A stretch of 64,000 nucleotides of DNA, taken from contig NC_058368.1 in assembly GCF_018350175.1 (NCBI RefSeq), forward strand, positions 91,452,001 to 91,516,000, written 5' to 3'. Each line of letters opens with the position of its first letter. Position 1 is the first letter of the stretch. Positions 27,101 through 39,188 of this stretch are shown here, piece after piece. Both the position numbers and the translations under genes were made by a program. This stretch comes from Felis catus (Eukaryota). The notes beneath the pieces were generated by a model. The model was not told the origin of the DNA. It worked only from the letters and a program-made list of their open reading frames with translations, and made no database searches.

Positions 27101-28539
27101 AGCCTTGGGACTGGAGCTCCATCTAGTGTCTGTCTATGGCACTGCACACCCTGTTAACTCCATACCAATGGTTGCTCACTCCCAACCTGGAATCCCAATC
27201 CTATCCGCACTTAGATTCAGGCGAGATAGAAGCCAGTCTAGCTGCACCCAAAATATTCAGAACATTGGACATACATTCCACTCCTTTCCCTCTCCTGGGA
27301 GAAGGCAGGAGTTGAGAGCTTCCTCCCAATTATGCCACACCCAGTGACTGCAATGAATTTTCCTACCTGGTTTCCTGCTGGCCTGGGGTGCAGGAACCTC
27401 CCAACTGGCTTCCGGAGTTCTCACGAAGGCATCTGATCCTTGTGCTATTAGATCTGTGGCAGAAGGAGGGTTTCCCATTCTGACATCATGCTCACCATCT
27501 ACGTTTTCAATGACTGTCATCTTCTGATTTGTCTGCCTCACCATGCCTGAATAATCATAAAACCTACACTTTCAATCAGCACAGCAAGCAGGGTGGTTTG
27601 GTCTCAGACTGAAATGACATGCCACTAGATTGCTCCAGCTTACTAACCTGTTCAGCTGAGGAAGGTGCCTACACCTGCTCACACGTGCTAGGGCTTGGCA
27701 CAACTATTTATACATCTGCCACGTGTTGCCGTAGGGCCCCCATCTTAATTTTGAAATTCAAGGGGCACCTTGGTGGCTCAATTAAGCATCAGGCTTTGGC
27801 TCAGGACATGATCTTGCTCTTTGGGAGTTCGAGCCCCTCGTTGGCCTCTGTGCTGACAGCTCAGAGCCTGGAGCCTGCTTCGGATTCTGTGTCTCCCTCT
27901 CTCTCTCTATCTGCCCCTCCCTCCTTTCAAAGATAAATAAACATTAAAAATTTTTGAAATTCAAACTCTGAGTCCTCCCTGAGTTCCGGGCAGAGCTGTG
28001 TTAATCATCTAGCATCCAGAATGCTCCCAGGAAGGCACCCCTTGTTTTTGGATTGATTAGCTACGTAGGTATGATGTACCTCCCGGCATCATGAGACAGG
28101 TCTGATCCATTGACCAGGTGGTACTGATAAGTGGGAGGGTGAACTGAGTTGCTATTTCCTACACATTTCAGCCTGTCCTCTTGAGCAGAGGGGAGTTCCC
28201 TTGAAAGGCACTCATGAGTTGCGAGCTACCTATAGGGCATCCACCTTGGAGACCTTGGAACCCCACAAAAGGTGTCGTTCTAGGCACAAGCTCTGGTGTG
28301 GTTGTTTGCTTTGCTGCTGTCACAATTCATCCCCCAACCCAGTGGAATATAAGGCGTTCCATTCCTGGAGTCCGGTGGCCCAGTGTTTAATGGAAAAGGA
28401 GAAAGAAGACTAATATTTGTTTATGGCTTCCCCCACACCCTCAAAGAGTTCATCCAATTAATTAAAGACTGTTAAACACCTAATCAGTCTGCAGGGGCTC
28501 TCAATTTCTGCTTATTAGCACGCAAAGGGCACACACTCT

Positions 28540-29950
28540 TGTATTCCTGGGATAAATCCCACTGGGTCGTGGTGTATAATTCTTTTTATGTGTTGGTGGG
28601 TTGGTTTGCCAGTGTGTTGCTGAGGGTGTTTGCACCCGTATGTATTAGACATGCTGGTCTCTCGTTTTCCTTTCTTGTGATGTCTTAGGGTTTGGCATTG
28701 GGGTCACATTGGCCTCATAAAATGAGTTGGTGAGTGTTTCCCCCCTCTTCTTTTTCTTGTTAGTTTGAAAAGCATTGGCCTTAATTCCTCTTTGAATGTT
28801 GGTAAGAATTCAGCAGGGAAGGCTTTTCATCTCTTCACGTGGGTTTCTGCAGAAGAACGGTGTTAATGGTGATGAGGTCTAGTGTATCCATGTTTTATGA
28901 ACTGTGCTTTGGTGCCAAAACCAGAACTCTTTGCGTAGCCTTAGATACCGACGGTTTTACCCTGTGCTTTTTCCTAACCATTTTATGTTTTCTTGTGGTT
29001 ATATTAAGTCTTATCTGTTTTGAGTTCACTACTGAGTAAAGTGCAGTGGTTCATTTTCTTCCCCTAGGGATGTCCAGTTACTCAAACACCATTTGTTGAA
29101 AAGGCTACCCTTTCTAAGTTGAATTGCTTTTGTACCTTTGGGCAAAGTCAGGTAGGTATATTTGTGTTCCACTGACCCTTTGCACATACTGCTCTGTCTT
29201 AATTACTATGGCTATTCAATGGGCCTCCATTTATGGAGAGTGACTCACCCCCACTTTATTATTTTTAAGGACAACCTACAGGTTCAGAGAAAATATTTGC
29301 AAAATACCTATCTGACAACAGACCACTACCTAGAATATCTAAAGACTCAACAGTAGGGGCACCTGGGTGGCTCCGTCGTTAAGCATCTGACTTTGGCTCA
29401 GGTCATGATCTCAGGGTTTGTGAGTTCGAGTCCCATGCTGGGTGAGCTTGAGCCCTGCTTCAGGTGAACACAAGCCTCACTTCGGGTGAGCCCTGTGTGT
29501 GTGTGTGTGTGTGTATGTGTGTGTGTGTCTCCCCCTCGTGGGATTCCCTCTCTCTCTCTCTCCCTCTCTGTGCCCCTTGAAAACTTGTGCCCTCTCTCTC
29601 TCAAAAAAAAAATAATAACATATTCAACAGTTTAAAAAAAAGTAAAATTTCAATTTAGAAAATATGCAGATATCTGAAGAGACATTTCATCACATGATAT
29701 CTGTCAAACACAGGAGGAAGAGGTAAAATTTTACAAATGATTTTAGCAAACAGAGGAGGCGGGAATAGCTCCCAACTTGTTTTACGAGGATAGTACAACC
29801 CCCAAACCAAAACCCGATGACAATGGTAGAAAAATAAGTTCTCTGCAAGCAGATGCAAAAACACTTTATGAAATATTAATGAACTAATTCCAGTATATAA
29901 AAAAAGACTAATACTTTCATGACCAAGGAAGGCTATGATGAGAAAGCAAG
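28540..29950. mobile_element. Old L1 fragments in both orientations
   Basis: ATTCCTGGGATAAATCCCACTGGGTCGTGG (antisense ORF2). AGAAAATATTTGCAAAAT and GAAGAGACATTTCATCA (sense ORF2 3' part). Confidence 0.65.
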
Positions 29951-32900
29951 ATTGCTGAACATAAAACGTTCAGTGGAGGGGCGCCTGGGTGGCGCAGTCG
30001 GTTAAGCGTCCGACTTCAGCCAGGTCACGATCTCGCGGTCCGTGAGTTCAAGCCCCGCGTCAGGCTCTGGGCTGATGGCTCAGAGCCTGGAGCCTGTTTC
30101 AGATTCTTTGTCTCCCTCTCTCTCTGCCCCTCCCCCGTTCATGCTCTGTCTCTCTCTGTCTCAAAAATAAATAAACGTTAAAAAAAAAATTAAAAAAAAA
30201 AAAAAGAAGAATCCCAAAAGCTAAGTGGGTGGAGACAGGCATTGGGATGAGAGCCTGTTAAGACTTTGATTCCCTGATCACCAAATCAAAATAAAAACAA
30301 CATGGAAAATTATTCTAAGCCTGTGAAAGGGCCCTTTATTTGAATAGTGGACAGGACTATGGGAGACTTCCAGCTATCATGATGCTTTCTTCCTGTTCAG
30401 CTCAGAGATCTCTTGTTCCATTCCTCATCTACACTTGGGACTGTCATGAATATCTAGGCCAGTCCTGAAGAGTGCTAAATTTCTCCAGCCAGCTAAGGCA
30501 CTGTAGTTTCTAAGTAACCTACTTTTTCTAATCTTGTAATAACTGACTTCCCCTTCATGCTGTTGACAGCTATGCCTTGACCAATCCTGTCTAGTGCAGC
30601 AGTGTTTTAGTCTAGTCTGACAATCACACTCAGAGACCATAACCTGGTGCCAGGTTCATTAGACTGTGTACAACACTGCACGCCCACACTGGGTGCATCT
30701 CGAATGAGAGCTTTCACACTCCACCCCACCCCACCCAGAGTGGTGCATGACTTTGTGAGGGATGAGATCCAATGCATGGGTGTACCCAACATAGCATATA
30801 GGGAATCACTTCTTGAAACAATCACGGGTGCTGTTTCTAGGATTCCCCAAGAGACACATTCAGTTAAAAAAGCTACATCACAGAGAAGCTAAGGTCTCTG
30901 CTCCATAGCATGTGTTTGTAGTTCATGTTGTAGTTCACAGGCTAGCTGTGGTTTGCCATTCAGGGTGTATCTATTACAAAAACAAAACAAAACAAAAACT
31001 ATGTTGCTTGGTAATACAAGTGACAATGCACATTTTTCATCATCCAATTACTTTCTAGGAAGATAGTGTTAGGAGGACAAGATAAAGCCAAAATCACTTT
31101 TGAAACCATGGGGAAATGGTTCAAGATTATTTTTAATCCCTTCTCCCCATTACATCACAGATACCATATTTCTATACTGATACATCTTCTCCCTCCCTGA
31201 AAATCATAATTTTTTTGTATTAGATTTTCCTCAAAGAATTTTGTCCTTAAAGAAAGTCACTCCCACAGCTGTGGATAACTCTTAGGCCACAGTGACTTTG
31301 TGGAAATTGGAGAAAAATAGGTGGGTTTTTCTCCAGACCCCTACCTGCCATGTTGGGAATCTCCCCCACTGGGCATGGAGCATGGAGCTCCCATCCCAAC
31401 GATGGGTGGGCTCCCATCCCAACGAGTTTTCCAGCTTGGAGAACACTCAGGGAAGGGAGTCTGTGCAGTAATAAAAGAGAGTCCATGAGGGGCTTATACA
31501 CTCATAACAGAGGGAGACACAGAGTATGGCAATAGTAGAAATACGTAAGCATTTAATGTGGCATAGTTTGGGGAATTACTCCTGGGATGTGTTCTGGAAA
31601 GCTGAGAATCAAAGAAGTCTCTGAACTTTGATACTAATTGGCTGGGGAATGTAATACAAGACACCTGAATGTATTCAAATACTGGGACCATATAATAGGA
31701 GAGCCTTCATGACTGAATATTATGCCAGATATTAATTTTCGGGAACAAAAAGTGGCATTGGATTAATGGTTAAGATATTGCGTGTGGGGGTTTCAGTAAA
31801 AGCATTTCAAAATTATTAAACTTATTCTTTAATTTTCATGTTGTGGCACTTCTGTTTATATTGGTTCTGACCATTTCATTATAAATCCATGCCCACTGTA
31901 CATATCTTCTTTTCAAGGATGATGAGCTCTTTTTAAAATATTTTATCTTATTTTTATTTTAAGTAGGCTCCACACCCAATGTGGGGCTTGAACTCATGAC
32001 CCTGAGATTAAAAGTTGCGTGTTCTACCGACTGAGCCTGCCAGACACCCCCAGATGATGCGCTCTTGATCAAATAATGTTTTAAGAATGAGCTGTCCTAT
32101 TCTCACCCATATTGTTGCAAAATGTCACATAATTCATGTAATATTTTGCCTCAGGATTTCCTTTTCTCATCTATAAACACAATGGTCACCCACACTTTTT
32201 TTGAAACTAGTGTTCTTCAAAAAGTCATGAATCTGATGGAAAGAGAAATCTTAATTTCAGTTTCACTAAGAAGCAAGGGAATCACAGCCATAAGAGAGTG
32301 GAATGGTTCAGGATTAGTTGGGTCTCTATGAGCTAAAGTTTGCAAGCATTTTAGGAGACTTGGAGCTTCCAGCCTGAGAAGGTAACTTTTGTGACTATAC
32401 TGTCATCTCTGTCACTGCTCCATCGATCCTAGCTTTTTAGTAGTTCTAGGACTAAGAGAGATTATCCTGGGGCAGATGCATCTTTCACAGCTAGTTTAAT
32501 TGAAGAGCCACAAGATTCCAAAATAAAAGTAGCTACAGTGATTACCAGTCATTTGAGGAAATAGAGATTCAGAGAGATTTAATAACTTAACTAAGGACCT
32601 CTAAATCTTTTAATAGCATAATACCAACAAAACAAAACACATATACAAAAACAAACAAACAAAACAAAGCATATCCTCCAAATAAAATATTACTGTCCTG
32701 GGGCACCTGGCTGGTTCAGTCTATAGAACATGAGTCTCTAGATCTTGGAGTCATGAGTTTGAGCCCTACATTGGGAATAGAGATTACTTAAATAAATCAA
32801 ACTTAAAAAAATTACCATCCTAGTAGAATTTAGTTCCATGTGAATATAGATTTTTGTTTTGCTAATTTGCTGCTATATCATTAGTTCTTATAATACTGCT

Positions 32901-33711
32901 CTGGCACAAAGCAGGTGATCACTAAATATTTGCTGGATAAATTAATTAATTGAATCTGTTTTCCAATCTGTTGCTTTTTTTTTTAATCTTCACCACTATT
33001 AGGGCACTTTTGTTACAAGTAACAGAAACTCACTTGAACCAACTTAAGCAAAAAGGGGGCTTTATTTTATGTTTAACAGGGTCTCTCCCAGATCCAAAGT
33101 ATGTAAGCAAGAGTTAAGAAGAAACCAAAACTAGGACTCCACTGTTATCACAGTTATCTATTTCTCGGGGCGCCTGGGTGGTGCAGTCGGTTGAGCGTCC
33201 GACTTCAGCCAGGTCACGATCTCGCGGTCCGTGAGTTCGAGCCCCGCATCAGGCTCTGGGCTGATGGTTCAGAGCCTGGAGCCTGTTTCCGATTCTGTGT
33301 CTCCCTCTCTCTCTGCCCCTCCCCCGTTCATGCTCTGTCTCTCTCTGTCCCAAAAATAAATAAAAACGTTGAAAAAAAAATTTTTTTAAAGAATTATCTA
33401 TTTCTCATCTCCCGTATTCTCTGTGTATCTTCTTTATTCTTTCATACTGTAGGGTCATTTCCTTTGCTTCCCCAGCAAATGGGAATATGCTGGATTTTTT
33501 ATGAACTGTTCCAGATGTCAGCCAGACTGGCTTCATTCTATTTTGAAATTTTGAGTAGTTCACTTAACCCAGATTGGTGAGTTATATTCCCCTGCATTAA
33601 GCAACTATGGCTATTTATGAAGCCATATTGTAAAAACCTGAGTCCTACTCTACCTGTGTGGATAGGGTAAGATGTTGCTCGTTAAGACAATAATATAAGT
33701 GTCCACTTAAA

Positions 33712-33897
33712 CAGAGCCTCTCAATCTCGCCACTGGTAACATTTCTCCTGTGAACTAGAAGATGGTTGGACCATCCTCAGCCTTTACCCACTAGACTCAA
33801 GTGGCACACTTTACTGAGTTGTGACAACCAAACATATCTCTATACATTTCCAAATGGGTCCTAGGGGACAAAACTGCCCCACCTTGAGAACAAGTAT
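33712..33897 (+). mobile_element. MER20-like hAT DNA transposon remnant
   Basis: TACCCACTAGA..GTTGTGACAACCAAA..CAAATG..CTAGGGGACAAAACTGCCCC..TTGAGAAC. Confidence 0.7.
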
Positions 33898-33979
33898 GCT
33901 AAAATCACTGTTCTCGGGCTTTTAGAGAATTCAAGTCCACTGGCAATAACTATATGGATTAATATTGGAAAAAAATTCA

Positions 33980-36140
33980 AATGCTTTCAAAATGAACTAC
34001 AAACACACAAACTACCAAGGCTGAATCATGAAGAAACAGAGAATCAGAATAGACCTATAACTTGTAAGGATATTGAATCAGTAATCAAAAACCTAACATG
34101 GGCGCCTGGCTGGTTCAATCAGTAAAGAGTGTGACTCTTGATCTCAGAGTTGTGAGTTCAAGCCCCACATTGTATGTAGAGATTACTTAAAAATAAAATC
34201 TTAAACAAAAAACAAAACACAAAAATCTCCCAGCAAAGAAGAGCTCAGGACCAGATGCCTACACTGGTCAACTCTACTAAACATTTGAAGAAGAATTAAC
34301 ACGGATTCTCCTCAAACTCTTCCAAACAATTGAAGAGGAGAACCACTTCCAAATTTGTCCATGAGCTCAGCATCATCCTAATACCAACGAGAGACAAAGA
34401 CACTGCAAGAAAACCACTCATCAATATCCCTTACAAATATTAATGCAAAACTCCTCAACAAAATACTGCCAAATTTAATTCAACTGCATATTAAAAGGAT
34501 TATACACTATGACTAAGTAGGATTTATACCTGGAATGCAAGGATGTTTAACACACTAAAATCAATCATTGTGATAAATTACATTAACAAAATTAAGGCGG
34601 GGAAAAACACATAATCATCTCAATTGATACAGGAAATGCATTTGACAAAATTCAATATTCTTTCATGATTAAAAAAAAAACAACACTAAAAATACTAGGA
34701 AACAGAAGGAAACTACCTCAATGTAATAATGGCTACATGTTTAAAACCCACAGCTACATCATATTCAGTGGAAAAGACAGAAAGCTTTTCCTCTAAGATC
34801 AGAAACAAGGCAAGGATGCCCTTTTTTAACCATTTCTATTCAATGTAATACTAGAAGTCCTAGCCAGAACAGTTAAGCAAGAAAAAGAAATAAAAGGCAT
34901 CCAAATCAGAAAGGAAGACATGATGTTATATGCAGAAAACTCTAAAGATTACACACACACATACACACACACGTTAGAATAAATGAATTCAGCAAAATTG
35001 CAGGATACAAAAGACATTAACAATTCAATCAATGGACTGAGTAAAACAGATGGCCCTCCCCAGTGTGGATGGGCATCATCTAACTCATTGAGGGCCTGAA
35101 TAGAACAAAAAGGTAGAGGAAGGGAGAACCTACTCACTCTGCCTGAGTGCTTGATCTAGGACATTAGTCTTCTCCTTTCCTCAGACTGGGACTTACATCA
35201 CCAGCCCTCTGGTTCTCTGAATTACACCACTGGCTTTCCCAGATCTCCATCCTGTAGATGGCTGGTTGTGGAATCATATCCTTTAATTAAATATCTTTAT
35301 GTGCAATAAATCTCTCTTTATGTATATGTTCAGTTGGTCCTGTCATTCTGGACAACTCTGACTCCAATGGATGGCTGTTACCAAAAACAGAAACAAAAAA
35401 GGCAAAATAGCAATTGTTGGTGAGGATGTGGAGAAATTAAAACTCTTGTTTAACTGCTGGTAGAATGTTAAATGGTGCAGATGCCTTGGAAAATGGAATG
35501 GTTCCTATGGAAAATGGTAGAGTGGTTCCTCAAAAAATTAAATATAAATTACCATTTTAACTACCAATTTCACTTATGGGCATATACCCAAAAGAATGAA
35601 AAGTAGGGACTCTAAAAGAAAATTAAACACCCATGTTTGTGGTAGCATTAGTTACAGTAGTCAAAAGGTGAAAGAAACGCAAGCATCCTATCAGTGGATG
35701 CATGGATAAACACAACGTGTTCTATCCATACAACAGAGTATTAGTCAACCTTCAAAATAGCATTCTGACACATGCTACAACATGGATGAACCTTAAAGAC
35801 AAAGTGAAATAAGTCAGTCACCAAAGAAAAAATATTGTATTATTCCATTTCTATGAGGTACGAAAGTAGCTAAATTCATATAGCCAAAAAGTATAATGGT
35901 GGTTGCCAGGGGCTGGAAGAAGAAAGAGCAATGGAGAGTTGTTGTTTAATGGCTATGGAGTTTGAGATGAAGATGAAAAGTTCTGGAGATGGATGGATGG
36001 TTGTACAACAATGTAAATGTAATTAGACCACTTGGCCACGCTATCTGGGTAACAATACAAATGTTAATATTACTGAACTATATACTTAAAAATGGTTCAA
36101 ATGGTAAATGTTATGTCGTGTGTATTTTACCACAATAAAA
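33980..36140 (+). mobile_element. L1MB-like ORF2/3' fragment with MLT2-like LTR piece (~35030-35365), in V2R intron 3
   Basis: ORF2 remnants GGATTTATACCTGGAATGCAAGGATG and AAAGCTTTTCCTCTAAGATCAG. Tail TGTATTTTACCACAATAAAAA. GGACTGAGTAAAACAGAT..GGGCCTGAATAGAACAAAAAGG is MLT2-like. Confidence 0.75.
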
Positions 36141-38119
36141 ATCATGAACTACCAAGAAACTATACAGTTCTAAGCCAAATAGCTCTGGTTCCTGAGATCT
36201 TACCTTTCAGAGGAAATCTTATCTTCCAGAGATTAGACACCACAGGGGCTCTGCCTTCTATTGATCCTGCTTCTGATCTGATCAGGAACATGCCAGGCAG
36301 AGCCCAGGCCACAGCATGCACAGCACTGTAGACAATGTAACTATGTGCAGACATGGTCACTTCAAAATACTGTAGGGGAAGCATGTCCAAAAAGCATTCT
36401 GGGATCATTTGTATTGTTCCAGTGGTACCACCAACCTCTGAGCACTCAAAAGCTGAGTGCCAGAAACTCTTATGAAAAATGTTCCCTGGGTATGTAGAAG
36501 ATTGGACTCTCCTGAGGAATGTCCCAAATTCAGGATGATCTCTTCTTTGATGAGAAAATATCACAGACCCATGAAAACCATAACCATTCTGAAACATGGG
36601 CCTCAGAATAACATCCCAGTAAGGGGAGATGATCCACACCTTTGCTATTCTTGCATCCTGGGCCGTGGAGGTCTCATGGTCACCAGGGAATCTGTATCTC
36701 TATGAATGACAACCACTGTAGCTGTTGGTTATGCTACTCTGATCAATGGATTATCAAAGGCTTCCTTGTGGTATTTCTCACTGAGAGAGATAGTCTCTGA
36801 AAAGGCAACACAGATCCCTTTCTTGACCATTTCTCCTCTCCAATCAGGGAAACAATTCAGCTCACATATAATCTGAAGCAGCAAGTCCCACCCAGGTCCA
36901 TCCAAAATGTAGCATCAGTTGTCCCATGGCCTGGGGCAAGGAGTCATCTTTGGGGGCCATCGGATAAGGGGATAGGTACTGGACTTTGTCACTCAAAGTG
37001 AGATCGAAGGGGCCATAGTTGATCTGAATGGAAACAAATAAGAGACATTTTAGGTTTTAAATAAGTAGAAATTAATTGCAATGAGATAATTATTGCAATA
37101 AAATTTTTTAAAATCCTTCTTGGCCCTTACTATAAATAGATTTAAAATATTGTGAAATTCATGCATTTCAAACTAGGTATTGCTAGGTTCAAAAGAGGAC
37201 AGCAACATAATCAGCCTAAGGTGAATAATCACCCTTCCTTTCTTCCTGAAAGTCAAATGCTGAGGTACAGAATTTTCTGGCATCCCAGGTCTCTCCACCA
37301 CAACACATGCCTAAGGGAGTCCATGAATGCCATATCACCTGGGGAAACTTGTAGAGCTCAAGAAGTGCCCCATATGGACAGAGGGGGCAAGATGGCACCT
37401 ACAGTAACAGATCCAGACTCATGCTCTGCCTCTGACGTCTGTAATCTGACGTCCCATCCCTTCCAAACCGCCACCTCACAAAGCTTTCCAGAGTCTTCTC
37501 ATCACTGTGGTAGGCATTGCTGGGCAAAGATCAGGGCCCCAGTTGATAACCTCCACAGCAAATTCTAGAGCCAGGACCTGCTGGAAGTGTTTGTGAAGCC
37601 ACCTGCAGGGAAAGGAGAGGATTTTCAAGGAACTGTAACTTATAATTGGAGCAGATCTCACGGCCATAGTTCAGGGGGTCTCTAACGTAGGCAACAGCCT
37701 CCCCAGTACCTTTACGTGCAGATGGGTGCACTTAATTCTCTTGATATTGCAAGCTCACTTCCAAGTGTTCATATGTCCTCAATAAGCTTCCAAACACCAC
37801 CATGAACTAGGCAGGGCCTTTAACTATTTCAGCAAATACTAGGCCATAGGATGGAACTTACACAGTGACTGAAATGGAGAATTAAAAATTCCACTTATTA
37901 GTGGCTCAGTCGGTTAAGTGTCCGACTTCAGCTCAGGTCATGATCTCACAGTTCGTGAGTTCGAGCCCTGCGTTGGGCTCTGTGCTGACAACCTGGAGCC
38001 TGGAGCCTGCTTCTGATTCTGTGTCTCCCTGTCTCTCTGCCCCTCCCCCGATCATGCTTTGTCTCTCTCTCTCAAAAATAAACATTAAAAAAATTTTTTC
38101 AATTCCACTTATTAGAATG

Positions 38120-39188
38120 CTTATGTACTGTTGGTGGGAATGTAGGATATGAGAGCCCCTATGGAAGCAGCATGGTGATTTCTCAAAAAATTAAATACAG
38201 AATTACCATATGATCCAGCAATTCCACTCCTGAGAATATATCTGAGAATTGAAAGCAGGGTCTCAAAGAGATATTTATACACCCGTGTCCACAGCAGAAT
38301 TATTCACAGTGGCGAAGGTGGATGAATGGATAAACAAAATGTGGTATACAAGGGAGCATTATTCACCTCAAAAAGAAGGTAATTCTGAGGCGCCTCAGTG
38401 GCTCAGTTGGTTGGGCTCTGACTCTTGATTTCGACTCAGGTCATGATCTCACAGTTTGTGAGATCAAGCCCCATGTGGGGCTCTGTGCTAAAGGCACAAA
38501 TCCTGCTTGGGATTCTCTCTCTCCCTCTGCCCCTCCCCACTCATGCATATGCTCGCTCGCTCACTCTCTCTCTCTCTCTCAAAATAAATAAACATTTTTT
38601 TAAAAGAAGGCAATTCTGACACATGCTAGAATATGGAAGAACCTTGAGGACATTACACTAAGTGAAATAAGCCAATCACAAATACGGTATGATTCCACTT
38701 ACATGAGATTACCCAGGGCAGTCAAATTCATAGACAGAAAGTAGAATGGAGGTTGCTCAAGGCTGGAGGTGGGGGAATGGGGATTTACTGTTTAAGATAT
38801 AAAGTTTCGGGGCGCCTGGGTGGCTCAGTCAGTTAAGCGTCCGACTTCGGCTGAGGTCATGATCTCTCGGTCCGTGAGTTCGAGCCCCGGATCGGGCTCT
38901 GTGCTGACAGCTCAGAGCCTGGAGGCTGCTTCGGATTCTGTGTCTCCCTCTCTCTCTCTGGCCCTCCCCTGTTCATGCTGTGTCTCTCTCTGTCTCAAAA
39001 ATAAATAAACATTTAAAAAAAATTTTTTTTAAGATATAAAGTTTCAGTTTTGTAAGATGAAGAGAATTCTGGGGATGGCTAGTGGTGATGGGTGTACAAC
39101 ACTGTGAATGTATCCAATACTACTAAACATCACACTTAAAAGTAGTTATGATGGTAAAATTTACATTATGTGCTTTTTACCATGAGTT
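38120..39188 (+). mobile_element. L1MB/MA-like 3' end inserted in V2R exon 1, carrying two SINEs
   Basis: Classic L1 3' motifs (AATTACCATATGATCCAGCAATTCCACT; ACACTTAAAA.T.GTTA.GATGGTAAA). Flanked by TTAGAATG at 38112-38119 and 39189-39196. Confidence 0.8.

Noticed and set aside
29978..30060. tRNA-like A and B boxes (TGGCGCAGTCGG, GAGTTCAAGCCC)
   Set aside because: They are the head of a tRNA-derived SINE, followed by (CT)n and an A tail; not a tRNA gene.
30760..30970. Possible V2R exon 5 (minus-strand FKK*FPICYVGYT, resembling GFRK..PVCCFDCTPC)
   Set aside because: Too few cysteines and no convincing splice sites; cannot be supported by eye.
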